Below are positions 8,894 through 17,773 of a DNA stretch of 64,000 nucleotides, one piece after another. The translations under genes were made by a program, and so were the position numbers. The notes under the pieces are model-generated. The model searched no databases. It was not told the origin of the DNA and saw only the letters and a program-made list of their open reading frames with translations. How positions within the stretch are numbered: position 1 is the stretch's first letter; every line of letters starts with the position of its first letter. Origin of the DNA: Candidatus Firestoneibacteriota bacterium (GTDB lineage Bacteria > Oederibacteriota > D2-FULL-39-29 > CAIOVX01); NCBI GenBank assembly GCA_903861835.1, contig CAIOVX010000011.1, positions 66,122-130,121 of the forward strand. The letters run 5' to 3'.

Positions 8894-9382
8894 ATGCTGC
8901 TTCTATTGCTCTTTGCCGCAATCGCTATAATAGCCGCGATTCTGGTAGTTTCAATGAAGAACATAATGCATTGCGCGCTCTTTCTCGCGCTCTTTCTGCT
9001 AAGTGTAGCAGGGATATTCTTCTGTCTTGACGCTGATTTCCTCGGCATAGTGCAGATACTTGTCTATGTCGGCGGAATAATCGTGCTTATACTCTTCGCA
9101 GTGATGCTCACTTCAAGGGTTTCAAGCGCTCTTTTGGAGCAGACTAACGAGCAGAAAGGCCTTGCCATAACTGCCTGCCTGCTTTTGGCCTCGGCGATAA
9201 CGGCCGCAGCATTCAGGACGCCCCTGGTAACCTCTTTTTATACTGCTGATCCGGAAGGAACCACGCGTTCCACGGGCGAGCTTCTGCTTACGGTTTACGC
9301 GCTTCCTTTTGAGATAGCTTCTGTTGTGCTTCTGGTAGCTCTTATCGGCGCAATTGTTCTTGCCGGCAAGAAGGGAGAGTAA
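8894..9382 (+). CDS. nuoJ: NADH-quinone oxidoreductase subunit J
   Basis: ND6/NuoJ-like hydrophobic sequence, e.g. IMHCALFLALFLLSVAGIF...VQILVYVGGIIVLILFAVML. Confidence 0.8.
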   Translation: MLLLLLFAAIAIIAAILVVSMKNIMHCALFLALFLLSVAGIFFCLDADFLGIVQILVYVGGIIVLILFAVMLTSRVSSALLEQTNEQKGLAITACLLLASAITAAAFRTPLVTSFYTADPEGTTRSTGELLLTVYALPFEIASVVLLVALIGAIVLAGKKGE

Positions 9383-9385
9383 GGC

Positions 9386-9691
9386 ATGATGCTTTTGCCC
9401 TTCATAGGCCTCTCGGCGATAATCTTCGCGATAGGCATTTACGGCGCGCTCACCAGAAGGAACGCCATAGGCATTCTTATGTCGCTGGAACTTATGTTTA
9501 ACGCCGCGAACATAAATCTAGTGGCCGCCAATAAATTCCTTAACCTTGAAAACAGCATCGGAATAATCTTCCCGATATTTATTATCACCATTGCCGCCGC
9601 GGAAGCCGCGGTAGGCCTCGCGATCATTCTTTCCCTTTACCGTCAAATAAAGACGGTCTATGTCGAGAAGATCAATATAATGAAATGGTAG
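9386..9691 (+). CDS. nuoK: NADH-quinone oxidoreductase subunit K
   Basis: ND4L/NuoK, 101 aa. Contains LSLELMFNAANINLVAA and the conserved Glu in TM helices. Confidence 0.85.
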   Translation: MMLLPFIGLSAIIFAIGIYGALTRRNAIGILMSLELMFNAANINLVAANKFLNLENSIGIIFPIFIITIAAAEAAVGLAIILSLYRQIKTVYVEKINIMKW

Positions 9692-9697
9692 GGTGAC

Positions 9698-11611
9698 TTG
9701 ATAAATTACGCTTACATAATACCGTTCCTGCCGCTTGCGGCCTTTGCGGTAAATATTTTCTTCGGGAAAAGGCTAAAGGGCGTTTCCGCTTATATCGGTA
9801 TTGCGGCAATTTCTGCTTCTTTCCTGATGTCGCTCGCAATCTTCTTTGCCTTCCTCGGCGGCGCGCAAAAATATGAAGTAAATCCTGAATGGCTGAATCT
9901 CGGCGCAGTAAAATTTGGAATGGGCTTTCTGGTGGACGGTATGACCTCGGTAATGCTTATTGTGGTCACTCTCGTCAGTCTGCTCGTTCAGATATATTCC
10001 ATAGGCTATATGCACGGCGACCCGAGATACCCTAGGTATTACGCGTACCTGGGGCTCTTCACTTTCTCAATGCTGCTCCTCGTCATTGCCAATAACTTCG
10101 CAATGATGTTCGTCTCCTGGGAATTGGTCGGGGTAAGTTCCTACCTGCTCATCGGTTTCTGGTACGAGAAGAAATCAGCTTCAGACGCTGGCAGGAAAGC
10201 GTTTATAACAAACAAGTTCGGAGATTTTGGTTTCTCCATCGGCATAATGATGATATTCGCTTTGTGCGGCACGCTGAATTTCGGCGAGGTCGCGGAGGCC
10301 ATATCCAAGGGGACTCTCTCAGGCAGCGCTTTGACGCTTGCGGGAATACTCGTATTCTGCGGTGCAATCGGAAAGTCGGCCCAATTCCCTCTGCATGTTT
10401 GGCTTCCTGACGCTATGGAAGGCCCAACGCCTGTTTCCGCTCTTATCCATGCCGCTACAATGGTTGCGGCCGGCGTCTATCTTGTGGCAAGGACCTATTT
10501 TCTTTATGCGGCTTCACCTGCTGCATCGGCAGTAGTTGCGTATACCGGTATTTTTACCGCCTTCTTTGCGGCTACGATGGCGCTTGCGGCAACCGATATC
10601 AAGAGAGTGCTCGCGTTCTCTACTGTAAGCCAGCTGGGCTATATGATAATGGCGCTCGGCGTCGGCGGTTTCACTGCGGGTATGTTTCACCTGACAACTC
10701 ACGCTTTCTTCAAAGCGCTGCTCTTCCTCGGCGCGGGTTCCGTGATACACGGCGCGGCTACGCAGGATATCAGGGATATGGGCGGGCTCGGCAAGCACAT
10801 GAAGATTACTATGGTGACTTTCTTCATAGCATGTCTTGCGATTGCCGGAATTCCCCCGTTCTCGGGGTTTTACAGCAAAGATGAAGTTCTTCTGGCAGCG
10901 TTCAACTACAGCAAGCCAATCTATATCGTAGCGACTTTTACCGCTTTCATGACCGCATTCTACATGTTCAGGCTATTCTTTAGGACTTTCACCGGGGAGA
11001 TGAGAACCAAGCTTCATCCCCACGAATCACCTTATTCCATGACCATCCCGCTTATGGTTCTGGCGGTTCTCTCAGTTGTAGCCGGCTGGCTCTTTGTTCA
11101 GGGGCACGCGTTTGAGTCGCTGGTGCATTTCAAAGAAGGCGCGGCGGAAGAGGGAAATGCTCTTGTTGTTTGGATTTCAATCGCGGCCTCGGTAATAGGC
11201 ATCGGACTGGCTTCTGCGATCTATGTATTTAAAGTTGTTCCGGACGGCTTCTTTAGAAATAAATTTCCCCGCATACATAAGGTGCTCATCAACAAATGGT
11301 ATGTTGACGAGTTCTATGACAAGACCGTAATCAAACCGTCGCTCAATCTGGCGCGCAGGTTGTTTTCTTTCGACGCAAAATATGTTGACGGCGCGGTGAA
11401 CCTGACAGGACTTGTAAATGTGATTATCAGCAAACTGCACAATATATTTGATAAGGCCGCGGTTGACGGCGCAGTTAACGGAGTCGCGGACGTTGCGCAA
11501 AGCGGAAGCGGGTTGCTCCGCAAGGTTCAGACCGGACTGGTGCAGAACTATATGTTTCTTCTGGTTGCGGGCGCGGCGCTGGCAGTTGTCGTTTTCTTCT
11601 TCATTAAATGA
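9698..11611 (+). CDS. nuoL: NADH-quinone oxidoreductase subunit L
   Basis: ND5/NuoL motifs WELVGVSSYLLIGFWY and HVWLPDAMEGPTPVSALIHAATMV. Length is 637 aa. Confidence 0.9.
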   Translation: MINYAYIIPFLPLAAFAVNIFFGKRLKGVSAYIGIAAISASFLMSLAIFFAFLGGAQKYEVNPEWLNLGAVKFGMGFLVDGMTSVMLIVVTLVSLLVQIYSIGYMHGDPRYPRYYAYLGLFTFSMLLLVIANNFAMMFVSWELVGVSSYLLIGFWYEKKSASDAGRKAFITNKFGDFGFSIGIMMIFALCGTLNFGEVAEAISKGTLSGSALTLAGILVFCGAIGKSAQFPLHVWLPDAMEGPTPVSALIHAATMVAAGVYLVARTYFLYAASPAASAVVAYTGIFTAFFAATMALAATDIKRVLAFSTVSQLGYMIMALGVGGFTAGMFHLTTHAFFKALLFLGAGSVIHGAATQDIRDMGGLGKHMKITMVTFFIACLAIAGIPPFSGFYSKDEVLLAAFNYSKPIYIVATFTAFMTAFYMFRLFFRTFTGEMRTKLHPHESPYSMTIPLMVLAVLSVVAGWLFVQGHAFESLVHFKEGAAEEGNALVVWISIAASVIGIGLASAIYVFKVVPDGFFRNKFPRIHKVLINKWYVDEFYDKTVIKPSLNLARRLFSFDAKYVDGAVNLTGLVNVIISKLHNIFDKAAVDGAVNGVADVAQSGSGLLRKVQTGLVQNYMFLLVAGAALAVVVFFFIK

Positions 11612-11760
11612 AAAAGATTTTTCTGGTTACACGGATTTAGAAAAGGCGTTTACGCGGATTAGAAATGGAAACTGGCAGGGTGAAGGTTTTACGTTAAGCT
11701 GCGTAATCTGTTTCGGGAATCCGAGTAATCCTGAAGAACTTGTTTCTTGAATAGTTTCAG

Positions 11761-13257
11761 TTGAAAGGAGGAAGGATGCTGTTAACACTGGTGACATTTA
11801 TTCCGTTCATCGGAGGACTGGCTCTTCTATTTATTCCGAAGGGCAAAGACAATCTCGTGAGAGGCGTAGCAACCGCTGCTGCCGCGGTCTCGCTTGTCCT
11901 GTCCGTTATTGTTCTTCTCGGCTACGATAAAAGCATAGCCGGGATGCAGTTTATTGAACAGTGCAACTGGATACCTTCCCTTAATGTCACCTATTTTCTG
12001 GGTGTCGACGGCTTAAGTATCGCGATGCTGGTGCTTACCACACTGCTCTCGCTTATCTCTGTTATTTATTCGTACAATATCACCTCCAGGGTAAAGGAAT
12101 ACTTTTTCTTTTTCCTGTTGCTTGAGACCGGAATGCTCGGAGTCTTCGTTGCGCTGGATTTCTTCCTGTTTTACGTTTTCTGGGAAATTACGCTTGTCCC
12201 GATGTACTTCCTGATAGGCATCTGGGGCGGTCCGAGGAAAGAGTATGCGGCCATCAAGTTCTTCCTTTACACGCTTTTTGGAAGCGTAATAATGCTGCTT
12301 GGGATTATCGCGCTCTATTTTACGAGCGCGCCGCATACTTTCAATATGCTTGAGCTGGCAAAACAGGCCCCGCTCTTTACGAAAATCTTTCAGAATGTTA
12401 TATACGTCGCGCTCTTCATCGGGTTTGCGATTAAGGTGCCGGTCTTCCCGTTTCACACCTGGCTGCCTGACGCCCACGTTGAAGCGCCAACCGCGGTCAG
12501 CGTAATACTTGCCGGAGTTCTGCTTAAGATGGGAACCTACGGAATGCTGCGTGTAAGCTTTAGCATACTTCCGCAGGCAGTCGCCTATTTCGCGATCCCG
12601 CTTGCCGTGCTGGCAATGATAAATATAGTTTACGGCGCCTATTGCGCGATGGCCCAGAAAGACTTAAAGAAGATGATTGCGTACTCCTCAATTAATCATA
12701 TGGGTTATGTTCTCCTTGGTATGGCGGCAATGACCACGGCCGGAATGAACGGAGCAATCTTCCAGATGTTCAATCACGGTATCATCACCGGAGCTCTCTT
12801 CCTGCTCGTCGGCGTAGTCTACGACAGGGCGCATACGAGAGATATTGAAGGTTTCGGCGGGCTTGGCTCCATAATGCCGGTCTACACCGGAATCATGATG
12901 GTTGCGGTTTTCGCTTCCCTCGGACTTCCCGGACTTGCGGGTTTCTGGTCTGAGTTCATGTGCTTCCTCGGGGCCTTCCAGGTGCAGAATACCTGGATGA
13001 AATTAATTACCGGTTTCTCGGCCATCGGCATCATTGTAACGGCTGCGTACTTCCTTGTAATGATTCAGAAAGTGTTTCTGGGACCTGTTAACGAGAAGTG
13101 GAAGGGCCTGCCGGAAATTAACACCAGAGAACTCATTGCGGTTTTGCCGCTTATCGTCATAATGATAGTCCTCGGTTTCCTGCCGAGAATAGTGATGGAG
13201 TTGTCTTCCGCGAGCGTTGCTTCAATGCTAAATACACTGGGGACCCTTAAGCCATGA
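11761..13257 (+). CDS. nuoM: NADH-quinone oxidoreductase subunit M
   Basis: ND4/NuoM motif HTWLPDAHVEAPTAVSVILAGVLLKMGTYG. The likely true start is the internal Met at about 11776. Confidence 0.9.
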   Translation: MKGGRMLLTLVTFIPFIGGLALLFIPKGKDNLVRGVATAAAAVSLVLSVIVLLGYDKSIAGMQFIEQCNWIPSLNVTYFLGVDGLSIAMLVLTTLLSLISVIYSYNITSRVKEYFFFFLLLETGMLGVFVALDFFLFYVFWEITLVPMYFLIGIWGGPRKEYAAIKFFLYTLFGSVIMLLGIIALYFTSAPHTFNMLELAKQAPLFTKIFQNVIYVALFIGFAIKVPVFPFHTWLPDAHVEAPTAVSVILAGVLLKMGTYGMLRVSFSILPQAVAYFAIPLAVLAMINIVYGAYCAMAQKDLKKMIAYSSINHMGYVLLGMAAMTTAGMNGAIFQMFNHGIITGALFLLVGVVYDRAHTRDIEGFGGLGSIMPVYTGIMMVAVFASLGLPGLAGFWSEFMCFLGAFQVQNTWMKLITGFSAIGIIVTAAYFLVMIQKVFLGPVNEKWKGLPEINTRELIAVLPLIVIMIVLGFLPRIVMELSSASVASMLNTLGTLKP

Positions 13258-14714
13258 ACATTGCGTCGCTGCGCGATTTCATATATCTGGTGCCCGAGAC
13301 TTATATCCTTTGTCTCGGTATCCTGATACTTGTTTTCGATCTTTTCATACCTGAAAAGTTCAGACGCAGGTACATAATAAACCTTTCGGTTTGGGGACTG
13401 CTCCTATCGCTCTTGCTGCTTGTTTACGCTCCCGCCAAAGGCCTGGTGCTTAGCGGAATGGTTTCAATTGATGCCTACGCAATATTCTTTAAATTTATCA
13501 TTATTCTCTCCGCCATATTCGCTTTGACTATGGCCAGGTATTACGCTCCGCTCAAGACAGAGGCAATCGGGGAGTTCTCTGCGCTCGTTGTTTTCGCGGT
13601 TCTCGGCATGATGTTCATGGCCTCTTCGAGCGACCTTTTGATGATCTTCCTCAGCGTGGAATTTGTAAGTATTGCCTTCTTTGTGCTTACCGGATTTATA
13701 AAGAACGATCCTAAGTCAGCTGAGGGCGCGCTCAAGTACTTCCTTGTAGGCGCATTTTCGGCTGGCATCTTCGTTTACGGTATGTCGCTGGTAATTACGG
13801 CGACAGGCACGACTAACCTAAAGGCCATGTCTGAAATACTGCGGGCTTCAGGCGGCTATAGCCCGTTATTTATAGCCGGATTCCTACTCATGCTTGTAGG
13901 TTTTGGCTATAAAATAGCTATGGTACCCTTTCATACCTGGGCGCCGGAAGCTTATGAAGGCGCTCCGACACCGGTAACCGCGCTGCTTTCTGCAGCTTCA
14001 AAAGCCGCGGGCTTTGCCGTGCTTCTGAGGGTCGCTTTGGCCGCTGCATTTGGCAGAGCCGACCTGGTTATGGCGCTCGCAGTGCTAGCCGCTCTCACGA
14101 TGACTGCCGGTAACCTTATGGCCCTGCAGCAGAACAATGTTAAGAGGCTGCTTGCCTACTCAGGTATTGCCCATTCAGGTTATATCCTAATGGGTATCGT
14201 CGCCGCCTGCTCGGGAGGTTCGCCTTCTCTGGGCATTACCTCGGTACTCCTTTATGCCTTTGTCTATATGCTGATGAACATAGGCGTTTTTGCCGTGATT
14301 ATCGCGTTCTATAACAAGACCGGAAGCGATGAGATTCAGTCCTATGCCGGTTTTTCCAAGAACAACCCGTATCTTGCGCTGCTGCTTGTAGTCCTTTTGG
14401 TTTCGCTTGCCGGAATACCTCCGACAGCGGGATTCATAGGGAAGTTTTACGTTTTCTCGGCTATAATACAGGCAGGCCCTAAGTTCCTTTGGCTTGCGAT
14501 TATCGGAATAATGAACAGCGTAATCGCTCTCTATTATTATTTCAGAATTGCTTACTCTGTATATTTCGGAACGGCTAAGGATGAAGCGAAGGTTGAACTT
14601 TCTACCGGACTTGCCGTCATCATTGGTCTCACGGTGCTTCTGGTCCTGTTTGTCTGTATTTATCCAGATCCGTTTATTTCCGCGGCTGCCGGATCAGTCT
14701 TAAATCTATGGTAA
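13254..14714 (+). CDS. nuoN: NADH-quinone oxidoreductase subunit N
   Basis: ND2/NuoN motif HTWAPEAYEGAPTPVTALLSAASK. It overlaps the nuoM stop. Confidence 0.85.
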   Translation: MNIASLRDFIYLVPETYILCLGILILVFDLFIPEKFRRRYIINLSVWGLLLSLLLLVYAPAKGLVLSGMVSIDAYAIFFKFIIILSAIFALTMARYYAPLKTEAIGEFSALVVFAVLGMMFMASSSDLLMIFLSVEFVSIAFFVLTGFIKNDPKSAEGALKYFLVGAFSAGIFVYGMSLVITATGTTNLKAMSEILRASGGYSPLFIAGFLLMLVGFGYKIAMVPFHTWAPEAYEGAPTPVTALLSAASKAAGFAVLLRVALAAAFGRADLVMALAVLAALTMTAGNLMALQQNNVKRLLAYSGIAHSGYILMGIVAACSGGSPSLGITSVLLYAFVYMLMNIGVFAVIIAFYNKTGSDEIQSYAGFSKNNPYLALLLVVLLVSLAGIPPTAGFIGKFYVFSAIIQAGPKFLWLAIIGIMNSVIALYYYFRIAYSVYFGTAKDEAKVELSTGLAVIIGLTVLLVLFVCIYPDPFISAAAGSVLNLW

Positions 14715-15313
14715 AGGCACTTGCAGCGTTCCTTTTTGCCGCTTTGGCGCTCCCGGTATTTCCCTCTGAGCCGCCGCAGCCTCAGGTAACTCCGGAGCGG
14801 GGTCCCTCGGCTTTTGAACTTAAAGTCGGAGAGCTTTCGGTAAAGCAGGCCGAAATATCTGGCGAGCTGCTTACGATTAAAGGTTCGGTCAGGTGGTTGT
14901 CGGAAAAAATTAACCTGGTCGCGAAAGATGTTACCGCGGAGAGAAAGTCTGCCGAACAGTTAGGACTCGATCTTTTAAAAGCGCAGGCGGATCTTGAGAA
15001 GGCAGTTAAAGAAGCGGCTTCTTTCTCGGATGACCTGGATTCTCTAAAGTCGAAACTCAGTTATCTTGAGAATGACTCGAAGGTCAGGTCGGATGATTTG
15101 AAGAGTATCCGAGAGAACCTTTCTGCCTTGAAGAAAAGCGTCGACGCTAATTCCGAGAGCCTTGTGGACTGCAGGAAAACTTGTCTCCGGCTGCAGGAAC
15201 AATTAAACAAAAGCAGCAGGCTTACGCCTGAAGATCCGGCCGGTTGGCCTTATTGGGGAGTGGCGGGGACGGCGGTAGGGGTGTTGGCGTTAATTCTCGC
15301 GATAGTGAAATAA
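14708..15313 (+). CDS. Hypothetical tail-anchored coiled-coil protein
   Basis: N-terminal hydrophobic signal-like segment, a long heptad-rich coiled-coil middle, and a C-terminal TM helix (GVAGTAVGVLALILAIV). Its start overlaps the nuoN stop. Confidence 0.4.
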   Translation: MVKALAAFLFAALALPVFPSEPPQPQVTPERGPSAFELKVGELSVKQAEISGELLTIKGSVRWLSEKINLVAKDVTAERKSAEQLGLDLLKAQADLEKAVKEAASFSDDLDSLKSKLSYLENDSKVRSDDLKSIRENLSALKKSVDANSESLVDCRKTCLRLQEQLNKSSRLTPEDPAGWPYWGVAGTAVGVLALILAIVK

Positions 15314-15355
15314 TACTAAAAAATAGTTTATAACGTAAACAACCAGGAGACTAAT

Positions 15356-16222
15356 ATGAATAGCATGACGGGTTTTGGGCGCGGAGTTAAGGAATCTAAG
15401 GGCGTCCGCTATTCAGTTGAGATTAGTTCAGTTAATCACAAGTATTTTGATATAGGTTTCCGTATGCCCGGTTCAATGAACGAATACCAGAATAAACTCC
15501 GGGAGCTGCTGCACGCGAGAATTGACCGCGGACACGTTGAAGTCAATATCTTTGCGTGGGAAAACAAGGAAGAAAAAGAAATAATTGTGAATAGTAAACT
15601 TGCGAGGAAGTATCTGAGCGCCCTTTCCGGTCTCGGCAAGGCGCTCAAACTGAAGGACGATATTTCAATTGACCAGATACTTAAGTTCAACGATATAATA
15701 AGAATCACCGAACATAAAGAAACGAGTTTTCCTGCCTTGAAAGAGGCTTTCGAGTCGGCTCTTGCAGGTTTGACAGCTTCCAGGAAAAATGAAGGCGCGA
15801 AGGTCTCGAAAGATATTAGTTCGAGGACGGTTTCGCTCTCCAGGATGCTCGATACTATAATTAAGATAAATGCCAGAATAATGCCGGAAAAGAAAAAAGC
15901 GGTAACCGAAAAACTGCAGGAGATATTCCGGGATGTAGAGAGGATAGACCAGAACAGAATCTGCGCGGAAGCCTCACTGATGGTTGAAAAGGCGGACATT
16001 TCCGAAGAGATAGCGAGACTCTCAGGGCATATTGAAGAGTTTAGACGGATAGCCGGAGAGAATAAACCTGCCGGCAGAAAACTTGATTTTCTCCTGCAGG
16101 AGTTTATGCGGGAGATTAACACCATAGGCAGCAAGTGCAACACTAATGAAATCTCCCATATAGTTGTCGCTTTCAAGGAAGAGCTGGAGAAGGTGAGGGA
16201 ACAGGTTCAGAATGTTGAATAA
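15356..16222 (+). CDS. yicC: YicC-family stress-induced protein
   Basis: Has the canonical MNSMTGFGRG N-terminus and a C-terminal DUF1732-like region. It is followed by gmk as in many genomes. Confidence 0.85.
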   Translation: MNSMTGFGRGVKESKGVRYSVEISSVNHKYFDIGFRMPGSMNEYQNKLRELLHARIDRGHVEVNIFAWENKEEKEIIVNSKLARKYLSALSGLGKALKLKDDISIDQILKFNDIIRITEHKETSFPALKEAFESALAGLTASRKNEGAKVSKDISSRTVSLSRMLDTIIKINARIMPEKKKAVTEKLQEIFRDVERIDQNRICAEASLMVEKADISEEIARLSGHIEEFRRIAGENKPAGRKLDFLLQEFMREINTIGSKCNTNEISHIVVAFKEELEKVREQVQNVE

Positions 16223-16844
16223 CAAAAAGTTCAAAGCCGCGCTTAAAAAGTGGGGCAGGAAGCACGGACGCCTCGTGGTTATTTCCTCTCCGACGGCCGG
16301 AGGCAAGACCACCGTATGCGCTGAGCTTATCAGATCCGACAGTTCCTGCGTACGTTCTGTTTCGTGCACAACTCGCCTGCCAAGGAAAGGAGAGAAGAAC
16401 GGCGTTGATTATCATTTTGTTAGCGCAAAAATATTCAAGGAAAGGATAAAGGAAGGATTTTTCCTTGAATGGGCCAGAGTCCATGACAGTTATTACGGCA
16501 CACCCCGCAAATACGCAGAGACGCTGCTCCGTAAGGGATTAAATGTAATTTTGACCATAGATGTAAAAGGCGGCAGGCAGGTTAAGGAAAACTTTAAGGA
16601 TGCCTGTTTGATATTTCTTCTGCCCCCTTCGTTCAAAGAAATGCTGGGGAGGATAAAGCGGCGGGGGACAGAGAGCCTCGAAGCGGTGGAGTTAAGACTT
16701 AAAACGGCAGAAAAAGAAATTAAAGAACTGCCGGCTTACGGCTACCTTGTGATAAACGACACTCTTAGAGAAGCTGTCGGAAGCATAAAGGCAATAATTA
16801 AAGCGGAAAATTCAAAACTGAAACCGGTAAAGGAGGAAATATAA
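16212..16844 (+). CDS. gmk: Guanylate kinase
   Basis: P-loop GGKTT and the substrate region SVSCTTRLPRKGEKNGVDYHFVS...YYGTP. Confidence 0.85.
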   Translation: MLNNKKFKAALKKWGRKHGRLVVISSPTAGGKTTVCAELIRSDSSCVRSVSCTTRLPRKGEKNGVDYHFVSAKIFKERIKEGFFLEWARVHDSYYGTPRKYAETLLRKGLNVILTIDVKGGRQVKENFKDACLIFLLPPSFKEMLGRIKRRGTESLEAVELRLKTAEKEIKELPAYGYLVINDTLREAVGSIKAIIKAENSKLKPVKEEI

Positions 16845-17056
16845 TGTCAACATTCAAACTGGAAAAGCTGCTCGATAAGGTGGACAACAAGTACATGCTG
16901 TCGGTTCTCGCGGCGAAAAGGGCGAGAGTATTAAACGACAGGAGCTTCGATTTTGACACCAAATCTACTTTTCACAAAGCGACAAGCATTGCCCTTGAAG
17001 AGACTCTTGACGGGAAAGTAAGACTGAAAGAGGAAGGCAAGAAGAAGGCGAAGTAA
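16844..17056 (+). CDS. rpoZ: DNA-directed RNA polymerase subunit omega
   Basis: 70 aa, containing NKYMLSVLAAKRARVLN. Conserved position after gmk, and it overlaps the gmk stop (TAATG). Confidence 0.8.
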   Translation: MSTFKLEKLLDKVDNKYMLSVLAAKRARVLNDRSFDFDTKSTFHKATSIALEETLDGKVRLKEEGKKKAK

Positions 17057-17077
17057 GTTCCCTTTAAAAGGACTAAC

Positions 17078-17773
17078 GTGGCCGAAAGCGCGAGGGAACA
17101 GTTGAAAAAAAGGATAAAAGAAGCCGTAGAAGTTGACGGTTATGTTTATTTCAGGGAAAAGTCCGGCAAAAAGCCTTTGGCCGGCACTCCGCTTTTTGCG
17201 GGTAAAGCCGAAGCGCTCAAAGCTCTGTACGGAAGTATTAAGGAATGCAAGAAATGCGTTCTCGGTTCCTCGCGCAAGAACTTTGTCTTTGGGGAAGGAG
17301 ATCCTGAAGCAAAACTCGTATTCATCGGAGAAGCTCCGGGCGCGACTGAAGACGAACAGGGACGTCCTTTCGTCGGAAAGGCCGGACTTCTGCTTAACAA
17401 GATCATAGAGTCAATCGGGTTTAAAAGGGAAGAGGTTTTTATCCTGAATGTGCTCAAATGCCGTCCGCCGGAGAATAGGCCTCCCGAGCCGGAAGAAGAA
17501 ATCCTATGTCTCCCTTACCTGAAAGCCCAGCTTTCAATTATCGCGCCGAAAATTATTTGCACGCTCGGAAATCCAGCCACGCATATCCTGTTAAATACTG
17601 AGATTGGTATCACCAAATTGCGCGGCACGCTTCAGGACTACTGCGGGATACCGGTTATTCCAACCTACCATCCTTCAGCCTGCCTTAGAAATCCTAATCT
17701 GAAAGTTGATGTCTGGAGCGATGTAAAGCTGCTCAGGAAGGAATATGACAGAATATGTCGAAGCGGCGATTAA
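17078..17773 (+). CDS. Family 4 uracil-DNA glycosylase (GTG start)
   Basis: Family-4 UDG motif CKKCVLGSSRKNFVFGEGDPEAKLVFIGEAPGATED and the 4Fe-4S Cys ligands. Confidence 0.8.
   Translation: MAESAREQLKKRIKEAVEVDGYVYFREKSGKKPLAGTPLFAGKAEALKALYGSIKECKKCVLGSSRKNFVFGEGDPEAKLVFIGEAPGATEDEQGRPFVGKAGLLLNKIIESIGFKREEVFILNVLKCRPPENRPPEPEEEILCLPYLKAQLSIIAPKIICTLGNPATHILLNTEIGITKLRGTLQDYCGIPVIPTYHPSACLRNPNLKVDVWSDVKLLRKEYDRICRSGD

Noticed and set aside
11612-11760. 150-nt gap between nuoL and nuoM as a possible sRNA or mobile insertion
   Set aside because: It contains only a weak ACGTTAAG motif copy and a Shine-Dalgarno sequence for nuoM. No structure or coding signal stood out.
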